Part shown: piece after piece, positions 35,833 to 46,884 of the stretch
Position numbering within the stretch: the first letter of the stretch is position 1
How the letters are laid out: every line of letters begins with the position of its first letter
Source: Treponemataceae bacterium
Lineage (GTDB): Bacteria; Spirochaetota; Spirochaetia; Treponematales; Rectinemataceae
NCBI GenBank assembly: GCA_963667725.2
Contig: CAXXHO010000003.1
Location: 896,001 to 960,000 of the forward strand
DNA: 64,000 bases
Reading direction: 5' to 3'
Position numbers and translations under genes: made by a program
The notes under the pieces: model-generated
What the model was told of the DNA's origin: nothing
What the model saw: only the letters and a program-made list of their open reading frames with translations
Databases searched by the model: none

Positions 35833-37524
35833 ATGAATACATTCCCTTTGGCCAATCGGCGCCTAAAATCCATCCACGTGGTCGCCGTTTTCGCCCTTGC
35901 CTTTCTCCTCCATTCCTGCTCGAGCGCTGAGATTTCGTCCTTCGTGTGGAAATCGGCTTCGGGCGAGAACCTGCCCTTTGCCCAGAAAGCGGATTTTCCC
36001 AAGGGAGAGGAAAACGCCTTCAGCCTGGCTAGACCTAAAAATTCCTATGTCCTGCGGAAACCCTTGCAGATCGGCCAGGGGCTTATGGTAGCCGTAAGCA
36101 TGACGGTGAAGCAGGAAAACATCGTCGTGAGTCTCTCCCTCTCCGCCGACGCGAAAAATGCCGGACAGGAAGTCCGTTTCGCGGCCAGGCCGGGCGTCAC
36201 GGTCTTCTACCTCAGCCCTCCCTCCGCCTCGGCGGTGAGGATGCTCTCCATAAACGTGACAGCCCCCCCAAACCCTGCCGCGGACGCGAAGGAAGACAGG
36301 GTTCTTGCCGAACTGGATTCAGTATCCATTCTTCCGGCTTTCAGGGGCTATGAGCGCAGGCTCAAGGGCGGCTACAGGATTTCCGACGGCATAGCCATCG
36401 AACGAAAGGGCGCCTCCGCGAACCTCTGGGCGCTGGAAAATCCTTTCTCCGGCCAAGATGCGGCGGAGAAGGAAAAGGGCCTGTCGACGGCCCTCGTCAT
36501 CAGATACGCCAAGCGCGCCGACGCCGACATCGTCATAGAAGCCGGCAGGCGGATAGTCGCCAACGGCGCGAGCGCCAAGAAGGAATTCGTCATTCCTGCA
36601 TCGGTTTTTCCCGACGCTTCGAGCCAGGCCCTCATGACAATCCTCGTTCCCGACGAAATTCAGCTGGAGGCCGCCTATATCGAGGCGCTTCCCCTGGAAA
36701 CCGCCTCCCGCGTCGATCCCGGCGTCGCGCTGCTCCAGCCTCTTCTTTCGGAGAGGGAGGATTTCGCATGGTACCGCTGGGATCTCCTGCCCGATGTCCT
36801 GATATTCGACTTCAGGGATTACGCGGTCCAGGACAGCTATCTCAAGAGGCTGGCTTTCTTCGTCGAAAAGAAAGGTTTCGTCGGCAGGCTGGCGAAGGAT
36901 GAGGAGATCGCCTCCCTCCATGGCTGGAATGCCCACGATTATAGGGCCGAAGACCTGGCCAGGTTCTTTACGGCCGCCGGGGAAAGCGATTTTCCCTTGA
37001 GCGGGGAAGAACTTCGCCTCAGGGATTTCCTTGTGGAGAAAGGTCTCCTCACGAAGAAGGGCAACGGCTTTGGAAGCCGGAACGGCGCCATCATCTCGAT
37101 AACCCAGGAATCGGATTCCTATCTCCGCCACCGCTTTCTAACCCATGAATCCTCCCATGCCGTTTACTTCACCGACGCCAGCTACCGCAATTTCTGCGTT
37201 TCCCTCTGGAACGGCATGTCCAAGGAGGAGAAGTGGTTCTGGGTTCTCTATTTTGGATGGATGAACTACGACACGAATTCGGCTTCCCTCATGGCCAACG
37301 AGGTACAAGCCTATCTCCTCCAGCAGTCGCCTAAAAATGCCGGTGAATATTTTACCAAGACATTGCCCGATCGACTTCTCGAAAACCACCCAGAGCTGGA
37401 AGCTCCCATCGCGCTCTATATGGAAAAGCACGGGCTTGAGTTCGAAAAAAAGGCTAGGATGCTCGATGGATGGCTGAGATCAACCTATGGTTTCGGCGCG
37501 GGCACCACATTCTTTCTCGAGTGA
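35833..37524 (+). CDS. Lipoprotein with a C-terminal HExxH motif (possible zinc peptidase)
   Basis: Lipobox LHSC and 'FLTHESSHAVYF...MANEVQAY'. Confidence 0.6.
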   Translation: MNTFPLANRRLKSIHVVAVFALAFLLHSCSSAEISSFVWKSASGENLPFAQKADFPKGEENAFSLARPKNSYVLRKPLQIGQGLMVAVSMTVKQENIVVSLSLSADAKNAGQEVRFAARPGVTVFYLSPPSASAVRMLSINVTAPPNPAADAKEDRVLAELDSVSILPAFRGYERRLKGGYRISDGIAIERKGASANLWALENPFSGQDAAEKEKGLSTALVIRYAKRADADIVIEAGRRIVANGASAKKEFVIPASVFPDASSQALMTILVPDEIQLEAAYIEALPLETASRVDPGVALLQPLLSEREDFAWYRWDLLPDVLIFDFRDYAVQDSYLKRLAFFVEKKGFVGRLAKDEEIASLHGWNAHDYRAEDLARFFTAAGESDFPLSGEELRLRDFLVEKGLLTKKGNGFGSRNGAIISITQESDSYLRHRFLTHESSHAVYFTDASYRNFCVSLWNGMSKEEKWFWVLYFGWMNYDTNSASLMANEVQAYLLQQSPKNAGEYFTKTLPDRLLENHPELEAPIALYMEKHGLEFEKKARMLDGWLRSTYGFGAGTTFFLE

Positions 37525-37576
37525 AAGGCCGAAGGGCGGGCTACGAAGTGAAGATAGTCGGCGAGGAGGGGGTTTT

Positions 37577-38206
37577 TCAGACGAGATCCAGGAACTCGAA
37601 TATTTTTCTATACAGCTCAAAGTACTCCGACCGGGCAAATTCGTCGATTTTTTCCTCGGGAAGGGATTCCAGGAGCCTGTCCAGATAGCCCAGCAGCTTC
37701 TTGAGATCGGCCATCGTCTCCTGGGGCAGGGGCTGCCCGGAGTTTTCCGCCGCGGCCTCGGGGCTCTCGATTTTCTCCGGCCGGGCGCCTGAGGATATGG
37801 AAGAAGCCTTGGAGATCATGTCGTCATAGGTGTTTTTCAGCGTCCCGAGCTCCAGCTTTATGGATCTCAGTTCGCCGGCGATTCTCGAGAGAAGATCGGA
37901 CTGAAGGGATTCTCCGCCGCGCGAGGTTCCCTGGGCGCGGGCTGGTGGCAGGGGTGAAGGGACATCGGGCATGGTCGCTTCCTCATCGTCGGGACGGCTC
38001 TGTCCCTCGATGTCTTCGGGGGCGATGAAAACGCCTTCTTCGTCGGAGCCGGAAGCCGTTGGATTCCAAAGCAGTTTCTGGTCGATTTTTTCGAGCGAGG
38101 AGAGGATGGTATCAGTCTCTTCCGGGCTGAGGAAAACCCCATCGTCCAAAAGTTCCTCCCGCGCATCGATGGTCGAGGATTTATGCGCCTGACTTTGTTG
38201 TCCCAC
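37577..38206 (-). CDS. Acidic hypothetical protein with a helical C-terminal domain
   Basis: GTG start with GGGGAG SD and an upstream TTGTAA-16-TATAAT; ends 'LESLPEEKIDEFARSEYFELYRKIF'. Confidence 0.7.
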   Translation of the reverse strand: MGQQSQAHKSSTIDAREELLDDGVFLSPEETDTILSSLEKIDQKLLWNPTASGSDEEGVFIAPEDIEGQSRPDDEEATMPDVPSPLPPARAQGTSRGGESLQSDLLSRIAGELRSIKLELGTLKNTYDDMISKASSISSGARPEKIESPEAAAENSGQPLPQETMADLKKLLGYLDRLLESLPEEKIDEFARSEYFELYRKIFEFLDLV

Positions 38207-38326
38207 TATGAAATCTCCCCTATGAAATTATTATATCAGGAACGAAAGGCTTTACAAGACAAATCTAGAGCCGCCGGGCCAGCCTGTCAATATTATTAAA
38301 GCGGCTAAGCGTTTGTACCGTAAATC

Positions 38327-38848
38327 ATGATAATGGGTGAAACACAACTTCGCAACCCGGCAGGCAGAGGTCTGTCGGCTCTGGGTGACGCTTTGTCGAA
38401 CGCTCTCTGCGCCTGCGTCATCACCTACTGCATTGTCTCATTCTTCGCCGGCCAGGCGGGAATGCTGGCCTATAGGGACATGAAATCGGGCATCCGGCAG
38501 ATGAACGAGAGAATCGTCGTACTGAACGAGGAAAACGCCAAGCTCCAGGATCTGCGCAAAGCCCTGGCCTCGAATTCGGACCGAATCGCCCAGGAGGCGA
38601 GATCGATAGGCTATCTGCGCAAGGATGAGAGAATGGTGATCTTCTCCTCTCCGCAGCCGGCGACGGCCGAACCTTCGCGCGGCCGTGAAAACGAGCCTAT
38701 TCGGGCTGGATCTTCCACCGGGCTTCCCGATCTGATGATCAAGATCCTCGCCGCGATGACGGGGCTGGCCGTGCTCCTGGCTTCGCTGCTTATGTCCTCT
38801 CTTCCAAGCCGGCGCGGCGCGCTCAGAACGACGGCAAATCGATCTTGA
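38327..38848 (+). CDS. Septum formation initiator (FtsB/DivIC family)
   Basis: TM helix, 'GMLAY', coiled coil and 'AQEARSIGYLRKDE'. Confidence 0.75.
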   Translation: MIMGETQLRNPAGRGLSALGDALSNALCACVITYCIVSFFAGQAGMLAYRDMKSGIRQMNERIVVLNEENAKLQDLRKALASNSDRIAQEARSIGYLRKDERMVIFSSPQPATAEPSRGRENEPIRAGSSTGLPDLMIKILAAMTGLAVLLASLLMSSLPSRRGALRTTANRS

Positions 38849-41333
38849 TCGTTGTGTCGAGATCGGGCAGGGTCAGCGCGCTGTCCGGCGTCGACAGGGC
38901 GTTGTCGTTTCCCGTAGAGCCGTCGCCGCTTCCCGTGGACGAGGTTCCCGTTATCAAATTGAAGAGATTCGTGGTATTTTCGGTCTCGTCTTTGTGGATG
39001 TCACAGCTTTTAATTGGCTGGGTGCCGTCCAGATAGAGGAGATTTACCGTACCTTCGTCGCAGTATCGCGTAGGGAGCAGACCCGAGACGGCGCAGACGG
39101 TAACGCTGGAAAGGCCGGTCTGGGGCGAGGGGAAATTCTTGTACCCCAAACCCTTGTGGATATCCCTCATGAAGTCGGCCCATATAGGGGCGGCGATGGT
39201 GGCGCCCGTCTGCTCGACGCCCAAGGAGCTGCCGGGCCTGTCGAATCCGAACCAGATCGCCGTGGTGTAGTAGGGACTGAATCCTACCGTCCAGGCGTCA
39301 GCCCAGTTCACCGTCGTGCCCGTCTTGCCCGCGAGGGGGATCGTGTATGTATCGCCCTTTTCGTCCTTCTGCTTCATGGAGTTTCCGGAGTTGGTCGCGC
39401 TCGCGAGGGTGCCCGACCAGACGACGCGCTTGAGCATGTCGGTCATGATGGCGGCGTTCTGCGGGCTAACGACCTGGAGGGCGCCGCTTTTCTCGCGCAG
39501 CCTATCGCGCATTTCCTTTTCCGGCTCCAGGATCAGGTTGCCGTTCCTGTCTTCGATGTAACGGATGGCGATGGGCTCCACCGCCTTGCCGCCGTTGGCG
39601 AATACCGAATATGCCCTGGTCATGCGAAGCGGCGATACGCCGATGATGCCCAACCCGAGCGGATAAAGCCGAGGGAAAGTGTTCTGTATGTCCTTGGGGT
39701 CAGTGATGCCGAGAAGGGCCGCCGCCCTCTGGATGGCGGCGTCGAAGCCTACCGTCTCGAGCACCTTGACCGAGGGAACGTTCATGGAATGTGCCAGGGC
39801 GTTCCACGCCAGCACGTTGCCCTTCCATTCGCCCCTGAAATTCAGTGGAATATAAGGAGTCCCGTCCTCGTTGTAGAAGATGGTGGGAGTATCGTAGATG
39901 AGGGAGCCTTCGGTGATCTTCTTGGAATCGATGGCCGCGGAATAGTAGAGGGGCTTGAAGGTGGACCCGGGCATGACGTTGGACTGCGTCGCCCTGATGA
40001 GCTGGTTGGCCGTGCTGTAGTTGGATCCGCCGATCAATGCCGTTATATACCCCGTCGTGTTGTCGATGGTCACCAGAGAACCTTCAACGATGGTTTTTTC
40101 GAGGTCGGTCTTTATCCTGGCCGTACCGGAGTTGGCCAGCAGCTTCAGGTCGGGCATGCCGAAGAGGAGGGAGACAGCGTCGAGGGTGGGGTTTATCCTC
40201 GAGGTATAGTAATCGTAGGATTTTGCCTCGCTCTTGGAATCGGAGACGAAGAGGGGATGGAGGTTAAAAGACAGGCCGAGCAGTTCCACGATGGGCGTAT
40301 AGGTGTCGTCGGCTTTGGAAAGGCGCTGAGACGAAGCCCTTTTATACGAGGCGTTGGCCCTTTCTATGCCCCGTTTCATGTAAGCGTCGGCAATTTCCTG
40401 CTGATCGAGATCGAGGGTGGTGTAGACCGACAGACCGTCGGAATACAGATCGGCCGAGCCGTAGAGGAGGTCTTCCTCGAGCTGGCGCCTCACGTACTCG
40501 CTGAACCAGGGGGCCTTGTCTTCGCGGCTGTAATACGCCGACGAGGCGATCCTCGTGTAATCGAAATTATCCCAGTAGAGGTTGAAGGATGCCTCAGCCT
40601 CGGCTCTGGAGAGAACTTTGTTCTCCACCATCTGCTCCAGGAGCACTTTAGAGCGGGCCTGCGCGTTCTGGGGATTTTTGAAGGGATTGTAGAGGGTAGG
40701 TCCCGAGAGCTGGATCGCGATGATGGCCGATTCGGCGGGGGTGCATTCCTTGGCCGGATGGCCGAAGAAATACTGGCTCGCGGCATCCACGCCGTAGAGA
40801 CCTCCCGCACCCATGATTGTCCTGTTGAGGTACATTTCGAGGATTTCCGGCTTGGAGAATCTGCGCTCGATCTGAAGGGACCACCAGAGTTCCACGAGCT
40901 TCCTTCGAAGCGAGATGTCTTTGCGGTCGTCGTAGAGATCGCCGGCAAGCTGCTGGCTGATGGTAGATCCGCCGCCCAGGTTTTTTCCTATCAACTTGCC
41001 GAAAGCGGCGCGCGCTATCGAGCGGAGCGTAAAGCCCCTGTGCGAGTAAAAGCTCTTGTCCTCGCGCGTCAGGAAGGCGCCGATCAGATGGGGAGGCAGT
41101 TCGCTTATCGATACGGGGTTGCGCTTTTCCTCGGAGAAGAACTCGGTGATGAGTCTTCCTTTTATATCATAAAGCTTGGTCGGAAGCGCCGATTTGAACT
41201 CGGTGAAATTTTCGTTCCGTATGGTGTTGACGGTACCGCCCAGCGCCGCGCCGAAGCCCGCACCCAGGAGGATGACAAAGCCCAGCGAAAGCCAGACGAA
41301 GAGAGGAGCAGCGTTTTTTGACCTCTTGGACAT
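38823..41333 (-). CDS. mrcA: Class A penicillin-binding protein 1A
   Basis: Transglycosylase motifs EDKSFYSH and GGSTISQQL; transpeptidase motifs STFK, SMN and KTG. Confidence 0.93.
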   Translation of the reverse strand: MSKRSKNAAPLFVWLSLGFVILLGAGFGAALGGTVNTIRNENFTEFKSALPTKLYDIKGRLITEFFSEEKRNPVSISELPPHLIGAFLTREDKSFYSHRGFTLRSIARAAFGKLIGKNLGGGSTISQQLAGDLYDDRKDISLRRKLVELWWSLQIERRFSKPEILEMYLNRTIMGAGGLYGVDAASQYFFGHPAKECTPAESAIIAIQLSGPTLYNPFKNPQNAQARSKVLLEQMVENKVLSRAEAEASFNLYWDNFDYTRIASSAYYSREDKAPWFSEYVRRQLEEDLLYGSADLYSDGLSVYTTLDLDQQEIADAYMKRGIERANASYKRASSQRLSKADDTYTPIVELLGLSFNLHPLFVSDSKSEAKSYDYYTSRINPTLDAVSLLFGMPDLKLLANSGTARIKTDLEKTIVEGSLVTIDNTTGYITALIGGSNYSTANQLIRATQSNVMPGSTFKPLYYSAAIDSKKITEGSLIYDTPTIFYNEDGTPYIPLNFRGEWKGNVLAWNALAHSMNVPSVKVLETVGFDAAIQRAAALLGITDPKDIQNTFPRLYPLGLGIIGVSPLRMTRAYSVFANGGKAVEPIAIRYIEDRNGNLILEPEKEMRDRLREKSGALQVVSPQNAAIMTDMLKRVVWSGTLASATNSGNSMKQKDEKGDTYTIPLAGKTGTTVNWADAWTVGFSPYYTTAIWFGFDRPGSSLGVEQTGATIAAPIWADFMRDIHKGLGYKNFPSPQTGLSSVTVCAVSGLLPTRYCDEGTVNLLYLDGTQPIKSCDIHKDETENTTNLFNLITGTSSTGSGDGSTGNDNALSTPDSALTLPDLDTTIKIDLPSF

Positions 41334-41540
41334 GACAACAAAGGTATACGAGTGCCGCGGCTTGGTCAATTATGGACGAACAGGCGTACGAAGGGGCTTA
41401 CGCGGCGGAGCGGGGAGGGCCGGGCTCAGGTTCGGGGTCCCATAGTATGGCCGCTACTGGATATTTATTTTTAAAAATTGTAAATTTCTTCGTATAGTAT
41501 TGACGAAGCCGGTCAATTATGGATATTAATTTATCTATAG

Positions 41541-42674
<1,134 letters not shown>

Positions 42675-42759
42675 GGTTTCGCTTACGTTGCGGCGGCGGC
42701 GCCGCGGTCGCTCAGGGTTTCCTGGGCGGTTGGGGGCGCCGCCGCAAGGAGCCTGAAAA

Positions 42760-44019
42760 ATGATCAAAACCGTCAAGGATATAAAGCTAGCCGGAAAGCG
42801 CGTCATCATGCGCGTCGACTTCAACGTTCCCATGAAAGAGGGGAAGGTTCAGGACGACACCCGCATTATGGCTGCCCTTCCCACGATCAAGCATGTTCTC
42901 GATGCGGGGGTTAAGAGCCTCGTCCTCATGTCCCACCTGGGCGATCCCGACAAGGATGCCGTCAAGGCCAAGGAAAAGACTGAAAGGGACGGGAAAGTCT
43001 TCGATCTCGAAAAGTATCTCGCGGGAAAACATAGGATGAAGCCTGTCGCCGAGTATCTATCAGCCAAACTGGGCAAACCGGTCGTATTCCTTCCTTCCTG
43101 CATGGGACAGAAGGCCGCCATCGACGCCTTGCCCGACGGTTCCGTCGTCATGCTGGAGAACACTCGCTTCCATAAAGAAGAGACCTCCAAGGATCTCGCC
43201 AAGCAGGAAATTCTCGGCAAGGAACTCGCTTCCTACGGCGATGTCTACGTCAACGACGCTTTTGGCTCGGCGCATAGGGCCCATGCCTCCACCGCGACCG
43301 TCTCCAAATTCAGCGCCGTGAGTGTTGGCGGCTTTCTCATGGAAAAAGAAGTGGCCCACCTCGAGCCCATGCTCCATAATCCCCCGCGGCCCATGGTCGC
43401 CATCATCGGAGGCGCCAAGGTTTCCTCGAAGATCGCGGTGCTCCAGAGTCTGCTCAAGACGGCCAGCGCCCTCATCATCGGCGGCGGTATGGCCTACACC
43501 TTCCTCAAGGTCAAGGGCTTCAAGGTCGGCAAGAGTCTCGTCGAGGACGATTTCCTCGATACGGCGAAGAGTCTGCTCGATGAAGCGGCTAAAGCCGGCG
43601 TCAGGATCGTTCTTCCCGTCGACCATATCTGCGCCGCCGCCTTCGCCCCGGACGCGACGCCCGTGAACGTCGACGGCGAGAACATCGCCGACGATCTCAT
43701 GGGGCTCGATGTAGGCCCCAAGACCCTCGCTTTGTACAGCGAAGTTCTCTCGAAAGCGAAAAGCATCGTCTGGAACGGCCCCGTGGGCGTCTTCGAATTC
43801 GACGCCTTCGCGAAGGGAACCGAGGAAGTCGCCAAAATGGTCGCGGCGGCGACGGGCCGCGGCGCCCTCACCGTGGTAGGCGGCGGCGACTCCGTGGCCG
43901 CCGTCAACAAGTTCGGCCTCGCCTCCAAGATGAGCCACGTTTCCACCGGCGGCGGCGCCAGCCTCGAGTACCTCGAGGGCAAAACCCTGCCCGGAATCGC
44001 CTGTCTCGAACAAAAATAG
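42760..44019 (+). CDS. pgk: Phosphoglycerate kinase
   Basis: RVDFNVP, LENTRF, NDAFG, GGAKVSSK and HVSTGGGASLE. Confidence 0.98.
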   Translation: MIKTVKDIKLAGKRVIMRVDFNVPMKEGKVQDDTRIMAALPTIKHVLDAGVKSLVLMSHLGDPDKDAVKAKEKTERDGKVFDLEKYLAGKHRMKPVAEYLSAKLGKPVVFLPSCMGQKAAIDALPDGSVVMLENTRFHKEETSKDLAKQEILGKELASYGDVYVNDAFGSAHRAHASTATVSKFSAVSVGGFLMEKEVAHLEPMLHNPPRPMVAIIGGAKVSSKIAVLQSLLKTASALIIGGGMAYTFLKVKGFKVGKSLVEDDFLDTAKSLLDEAAKAGVRIVLPVDHICAAAFAPDATPVNVDGENIADDLMGLDVGPKTLALYSEVLSKAKSIVWNGPVGVFEFDAFAKGTEEVAKMVAAATGRGALTVVGGGDSVAAVNKFGLASKMSHVSTGGGASLEYLEGKTLPGIACLEQK

Positions 44020-44054
44020 CCTCCCTTTCCGGAAAGACCTTGCAGCGATTGAAG

Positions 44055-44080
44055 GCCACCCGAAAGGGTGGCTTTTTTTT
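44055..44080 (+). terminator. Intrinsic terminator after pgk
   Basis: GCCACCC-GAAA-GGGTGGC followed by T8. Confidence 0.9.
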
Positions 44081-44161
44081 ATCCCCGGGCGATTCGGCGG
44101 GAGGGGTTTTTTCTTTCCTCCTCGACGGGTTGTCTCTATATTATGACTAAAGGAGTCAAGA

Positions 44162-44860
44162 TTGAAGACCGCGGTAAAAACTGGAACTGAAGCGGCGATG
44201 ACGACGACGAGGGTATCGATGACGACCAATGCGGCGACGGTAAAAGCGGCGGCGGCCGCGGCCAGCAAAGCCGGCGCGAAGCCGGGGGGCGGAGAATCGC
44301 CCGGCCTCGGACTGTTCGCGAGGATGAGCGAAGATATCGAGACCGTCAGGAAGCGCGATCCCGCGGCGCGCTCATCCGCGGAAATCGTCCTGGCCTACGC
44401 GGGGCTGCACGCGATATGGGCGCATAGGACGACGCATTTTCTATGGCGCAGCGGCGGAAGGATCTCTGCCCGGGTACTTTCCCAGCTCGCCCGCTTCTTC
44501 ACCGGCGTGGAGATTCACCCGGGGGCGCGCATCGGCCGACGATTCTTCATCGACCACGGGATGGGCGTCGTCATCGGGGAGACGGCGGAAATCGGCGACG
44601 ACGTGACCATCTATCACGGTGTGACCCTGGGGGGAACAACCCTGAGCAAGGGGAAGCGCCATCCGAAGCTGGGCGACAGGGTGATCGTCGGGGCCGGGGC
44701 GAAAATCCTCGGCAACATCAGCATTGGCGCTGACTCGAAGGTTGGGGCCAACGCCGTCGCCATACGCTCGGTGCCCGAGAACTCCGTCATCGTGGGATTC
44801 CCCGGCCGCGGCTGCGGCGACAGCGATCGCTGTTGGGGCGGCGAGGATTTCATAATTTGA
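44162..44860 (+). CDS. cysE: Serine O-acetyltransferase
   Basis: 'RDPAARS', '[11 protein letters not shown]', 'TGVEIHPGA', '[13 protein letters not shown]' and 'KRHP'. TTG start 6 nt after AAGGAG; later ATG starts are possible. Confidence 0.92.
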   Translation: MKTAVKTGTEAAMTTTRVSMTTNAATVKAAAAAASKAGAKPGGGESPGLGLFARMSEDIETVRKRDPAARSSAEIVLAYAGLHAIWAHRTTHFLWRSGGRISARVLSQLARFFTGVEIHPGARIGRRFFIDHGMGVVIGETAEIGDDVTIYHGVTLGGTTLSKGKRHPKLGDRVIVGAGAKILGNISIGADSKVGANAVAIRSVPENSVIVGFPGRGCGDSDRCWGGEDFII

Positions 44861-45000
44861 AGCATGCAATTTTTTATGACGGTTTCTCCGGTTTGGATAC
44901 CGAAAATGCCTTTACTAAAGGTTTGGATATCAGCTACTATCGTCGGCGTGGCCGGAACCCTGCTTGGTTCCGAAAGCTTCTTTAATACGAGGTACTGCTC

Positions 45001-45750
45001 ATGCGTTCATATTTTATCGCCGGTAACTGGAAAATGCACAAGACCGTCGCGGAATCCGTCGCTCTCGCCGTCGATCTCAAGGCCAAACTCGCGGGCTGCA
45101 AGGAAAAAGTGATGATAGCGCCCGCTTTCACCGCCCTTTCCGAGGTCGCGAAGGTGCTTGTGGGGTCCAACATTCTGCTCGGCGCGCAGAACATGGGGCC
45201 AGAAGAACAGGGAGCCCATACGGGCGAGGTATCGGTGCTCATGCTCAAGGATATTGGCGTCAAAGTCGTGATCCTTGGCCATTCGGAGCGCAGGCACATT
45301 TATCTCGAGTCCGACGCCCTCATCAATAAGAAGGTCAATCTGGCCCTGGCTCATGGGCTCGAAGTCATCCTCTGCGTGGGAGAGACCCTGGAGGAACGCG
45401 AGTCCGGAAAACTGGAGACCGTTCTCTCCACCCAGCTGCGCGAAGGGCTCAAGGGCGTCGCCGCGGAGAGCCTCGACAAGGTGACCATAGCCTACGAACC
45501 CGTCTGGGCCATCGGCACGGGCAAGACAGCCACGCCCGAGGATGCCGACTCTGTCCACGCTTACTGCAGGAAGGTCCTCGCTTCTCTCTACGGCGAGGCG
45601 AAGGCGAAGACGATGATCATCCAGTACGGCGGCTCGGTGAAGGCGGACAACGCCGCCTCCCTCATGGCCAAGCCCAACATCGACGGCGCCCTCGTCGGCG
45701 GCGCGAGTCTCAAGGTCGAGAGTTTTGCCCCGATCGCCTGTTTTAGGTAA
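45001..45750 (+). CDS. tpiA: Triosephosphate isomerase
   Basis: AGNWKM, GHSERR, AYEPVWAIGTG and YGGSV. Confidence 0.98.
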   Translation: MRSYFIAGNWKMHKTVAESVALAVDLKAKLAGCKEKVMIAPAFTALSEVAKVLVGSNILLGAQNMGPEEQGAHTGEVSVLMLKDIGVKVVILGHSERRHIYLESDALINKKVNLALAHGLEVILCVGETLEERESGKLETVLSTQLREGLKGVAAESLDKVTIAYEPVWAIGTGKTATPEDADSVHAYCRKVLASLYGEAKAKTMIIQYGGSVKADNAASLMAKPNIDGALVGGASLKVESFAPIACFR

Positions 45751-45855
45751 ATTATGATGAGGTCTTGATTCGAGGCCTCGTTCTCGTATACCATGAACTC
45801 CTGTGCGCGCAACGCGGGCACAGGTTGTCAATCTTGCATTCCGGGAGTCGTTACC

Positions 45856-46233
45856 ATGGGTTTTTTTGCTGTGCTGCTCCTCATTCTCTTCGTTCTCGTC
45901 TGCGCGCTGCTCATTTTCCTCGTCATCATCCAGGATGAAGATTCCGACTCTCTCGGCGGCATTTTCGCCGGCGGATCGGCGAGCGCCTTCGGATCGAGAT
46001 CCTCGAATGTCGTCATCAAGATAACCTATGTGCTTGGAGCGCTTTTCTTCGTAACAGCCTTCTCGATGGCCATCATCAACAAGTCCTCCACCGGCAATGT
46101 CGAAGCGTTGGTTACCGAGCAGGCTCAGCAGACGACCAATACCGAATGGTGGAAGGGCGATACGACCGCCACCACGCTGGCTCCCGACGCGACCGCGCCT
46201 GCCGAATCGACGACGCAGACAACGACGAAATAA
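45856..46233 (+). CDS. secG: Preprotein translocase subunit SecG
   Basis: Two TM helices flanking 'IQ...LGGIFAGGSASAFGS'; located after tpiA. Confidence 0.9.
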   Translation: MGFFAVLLLILFVLVCALLIFLVIIQDEDSDSLGGIFAGGSASAFGSRSSNVVIKITYVLGALFFVTAFSMAIINKSSTGNVEALVTEQAQQTTNTEWWKGDTTATTLAPDATAPAESTTQTTTK

Positions 46234-46302
46234 AGCGCCGATCGGGCGCCAGAGAAGCGAAGACTCCTCCCTTGCTTTGTCATTAGAGGATGGAGCGGAC
46301 AT

Positions 46303-46779
46303 ATGATACTTCAAAAGGTGTTTCAGCTTTCCACGATCAAGACAGGTTTGGAAAGCGAGAGCAAAGAAGAGCTCTTCGAGGAACTTGTCGATGTGCTGGC
46401 CCGAAGCTATCAGGCCAAGCTTCCATTCCCGCGCCAGAAGATTCTCGACGCCCTAATCCGTCGCGAGGCCAAGATGTCCACCGGCATCGCCAAGGGCGTT
46501 GCCCTCCCTCACGCCACGGTCGAGGGGCTCGACTGCCTGAGGGGCGTTCTGGGCATTTCCTCCAAAGGCATAGACTATGATTCACTGGATGGCCATCCAG
46601 TCTTCCTCGTTTTCATGCTTCTGACTCCCCCCGATGACGCCGAATCACACCTGCATTCGCTTCAAAGAATGGCTTCCCTGATCGACGATACCGATATGAC
46701 CTCCCGGCTGGCGGCTTCCGCGTCGTCCTCTGAGGCTTTCGCGCTTATTAAGGAATTTGACAGCAGCGACCTGAGCTGA
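46303..46779 (+). CDS. PTS IIA domain protein (Ntr/fructose type)
   Basis: 'RREAKMSTGIAKGVALPHA' with the phospho-His, and 'YDSLDGHPV'. Confidence 0.88.
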   Translation: MILQKVFQLSTIKTGLESESKEELFEELVDVLARSYQAKLPFPRQKILDALIRREAKMSTGIAKGVALPHATVEGLDCLRGVLGISSKGIDYDSLDGHPVFLVFMLLTPPDDAESHLHSLQRMASLIDDTDMTSRLAASASSSEAFALIKEFDSSDLS

Positions 46780-46884
46780 ACGTAAAAATTGTTGGTTAGT
46801 GTGATTCCACCCGGCTTGTTCTGGAACAGGACAGATGGGACCGCACCTGTCTATACAGATTTTGTATAGTAAGAGAGGTGCACC

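Noticed and set aside
38994..41321. 775-aa plus-strand ORF, and similar long antisense ORFs (52749-54683, 20757-22112, 19481-20785, 41574-42833)
   Set aside because: They lie antisense to well-conserved genes and have no motifs; this is the expected shadow of GC-rich codon bias.
41478..41495. Rex-like box TTGTAAA-TTTC-TTCGTAT upstream of gap
   Set aside because: The right arm matches TTCACAA poorly and the region is AT-rich, so a chance match is likely.
44143..44190. 15-codon [18 protein letters not shown] overlapping the cysE start
   Set aside because: No Cys or Ser codons, no SD and no downstream attenuator, so no support as a leader peptide.
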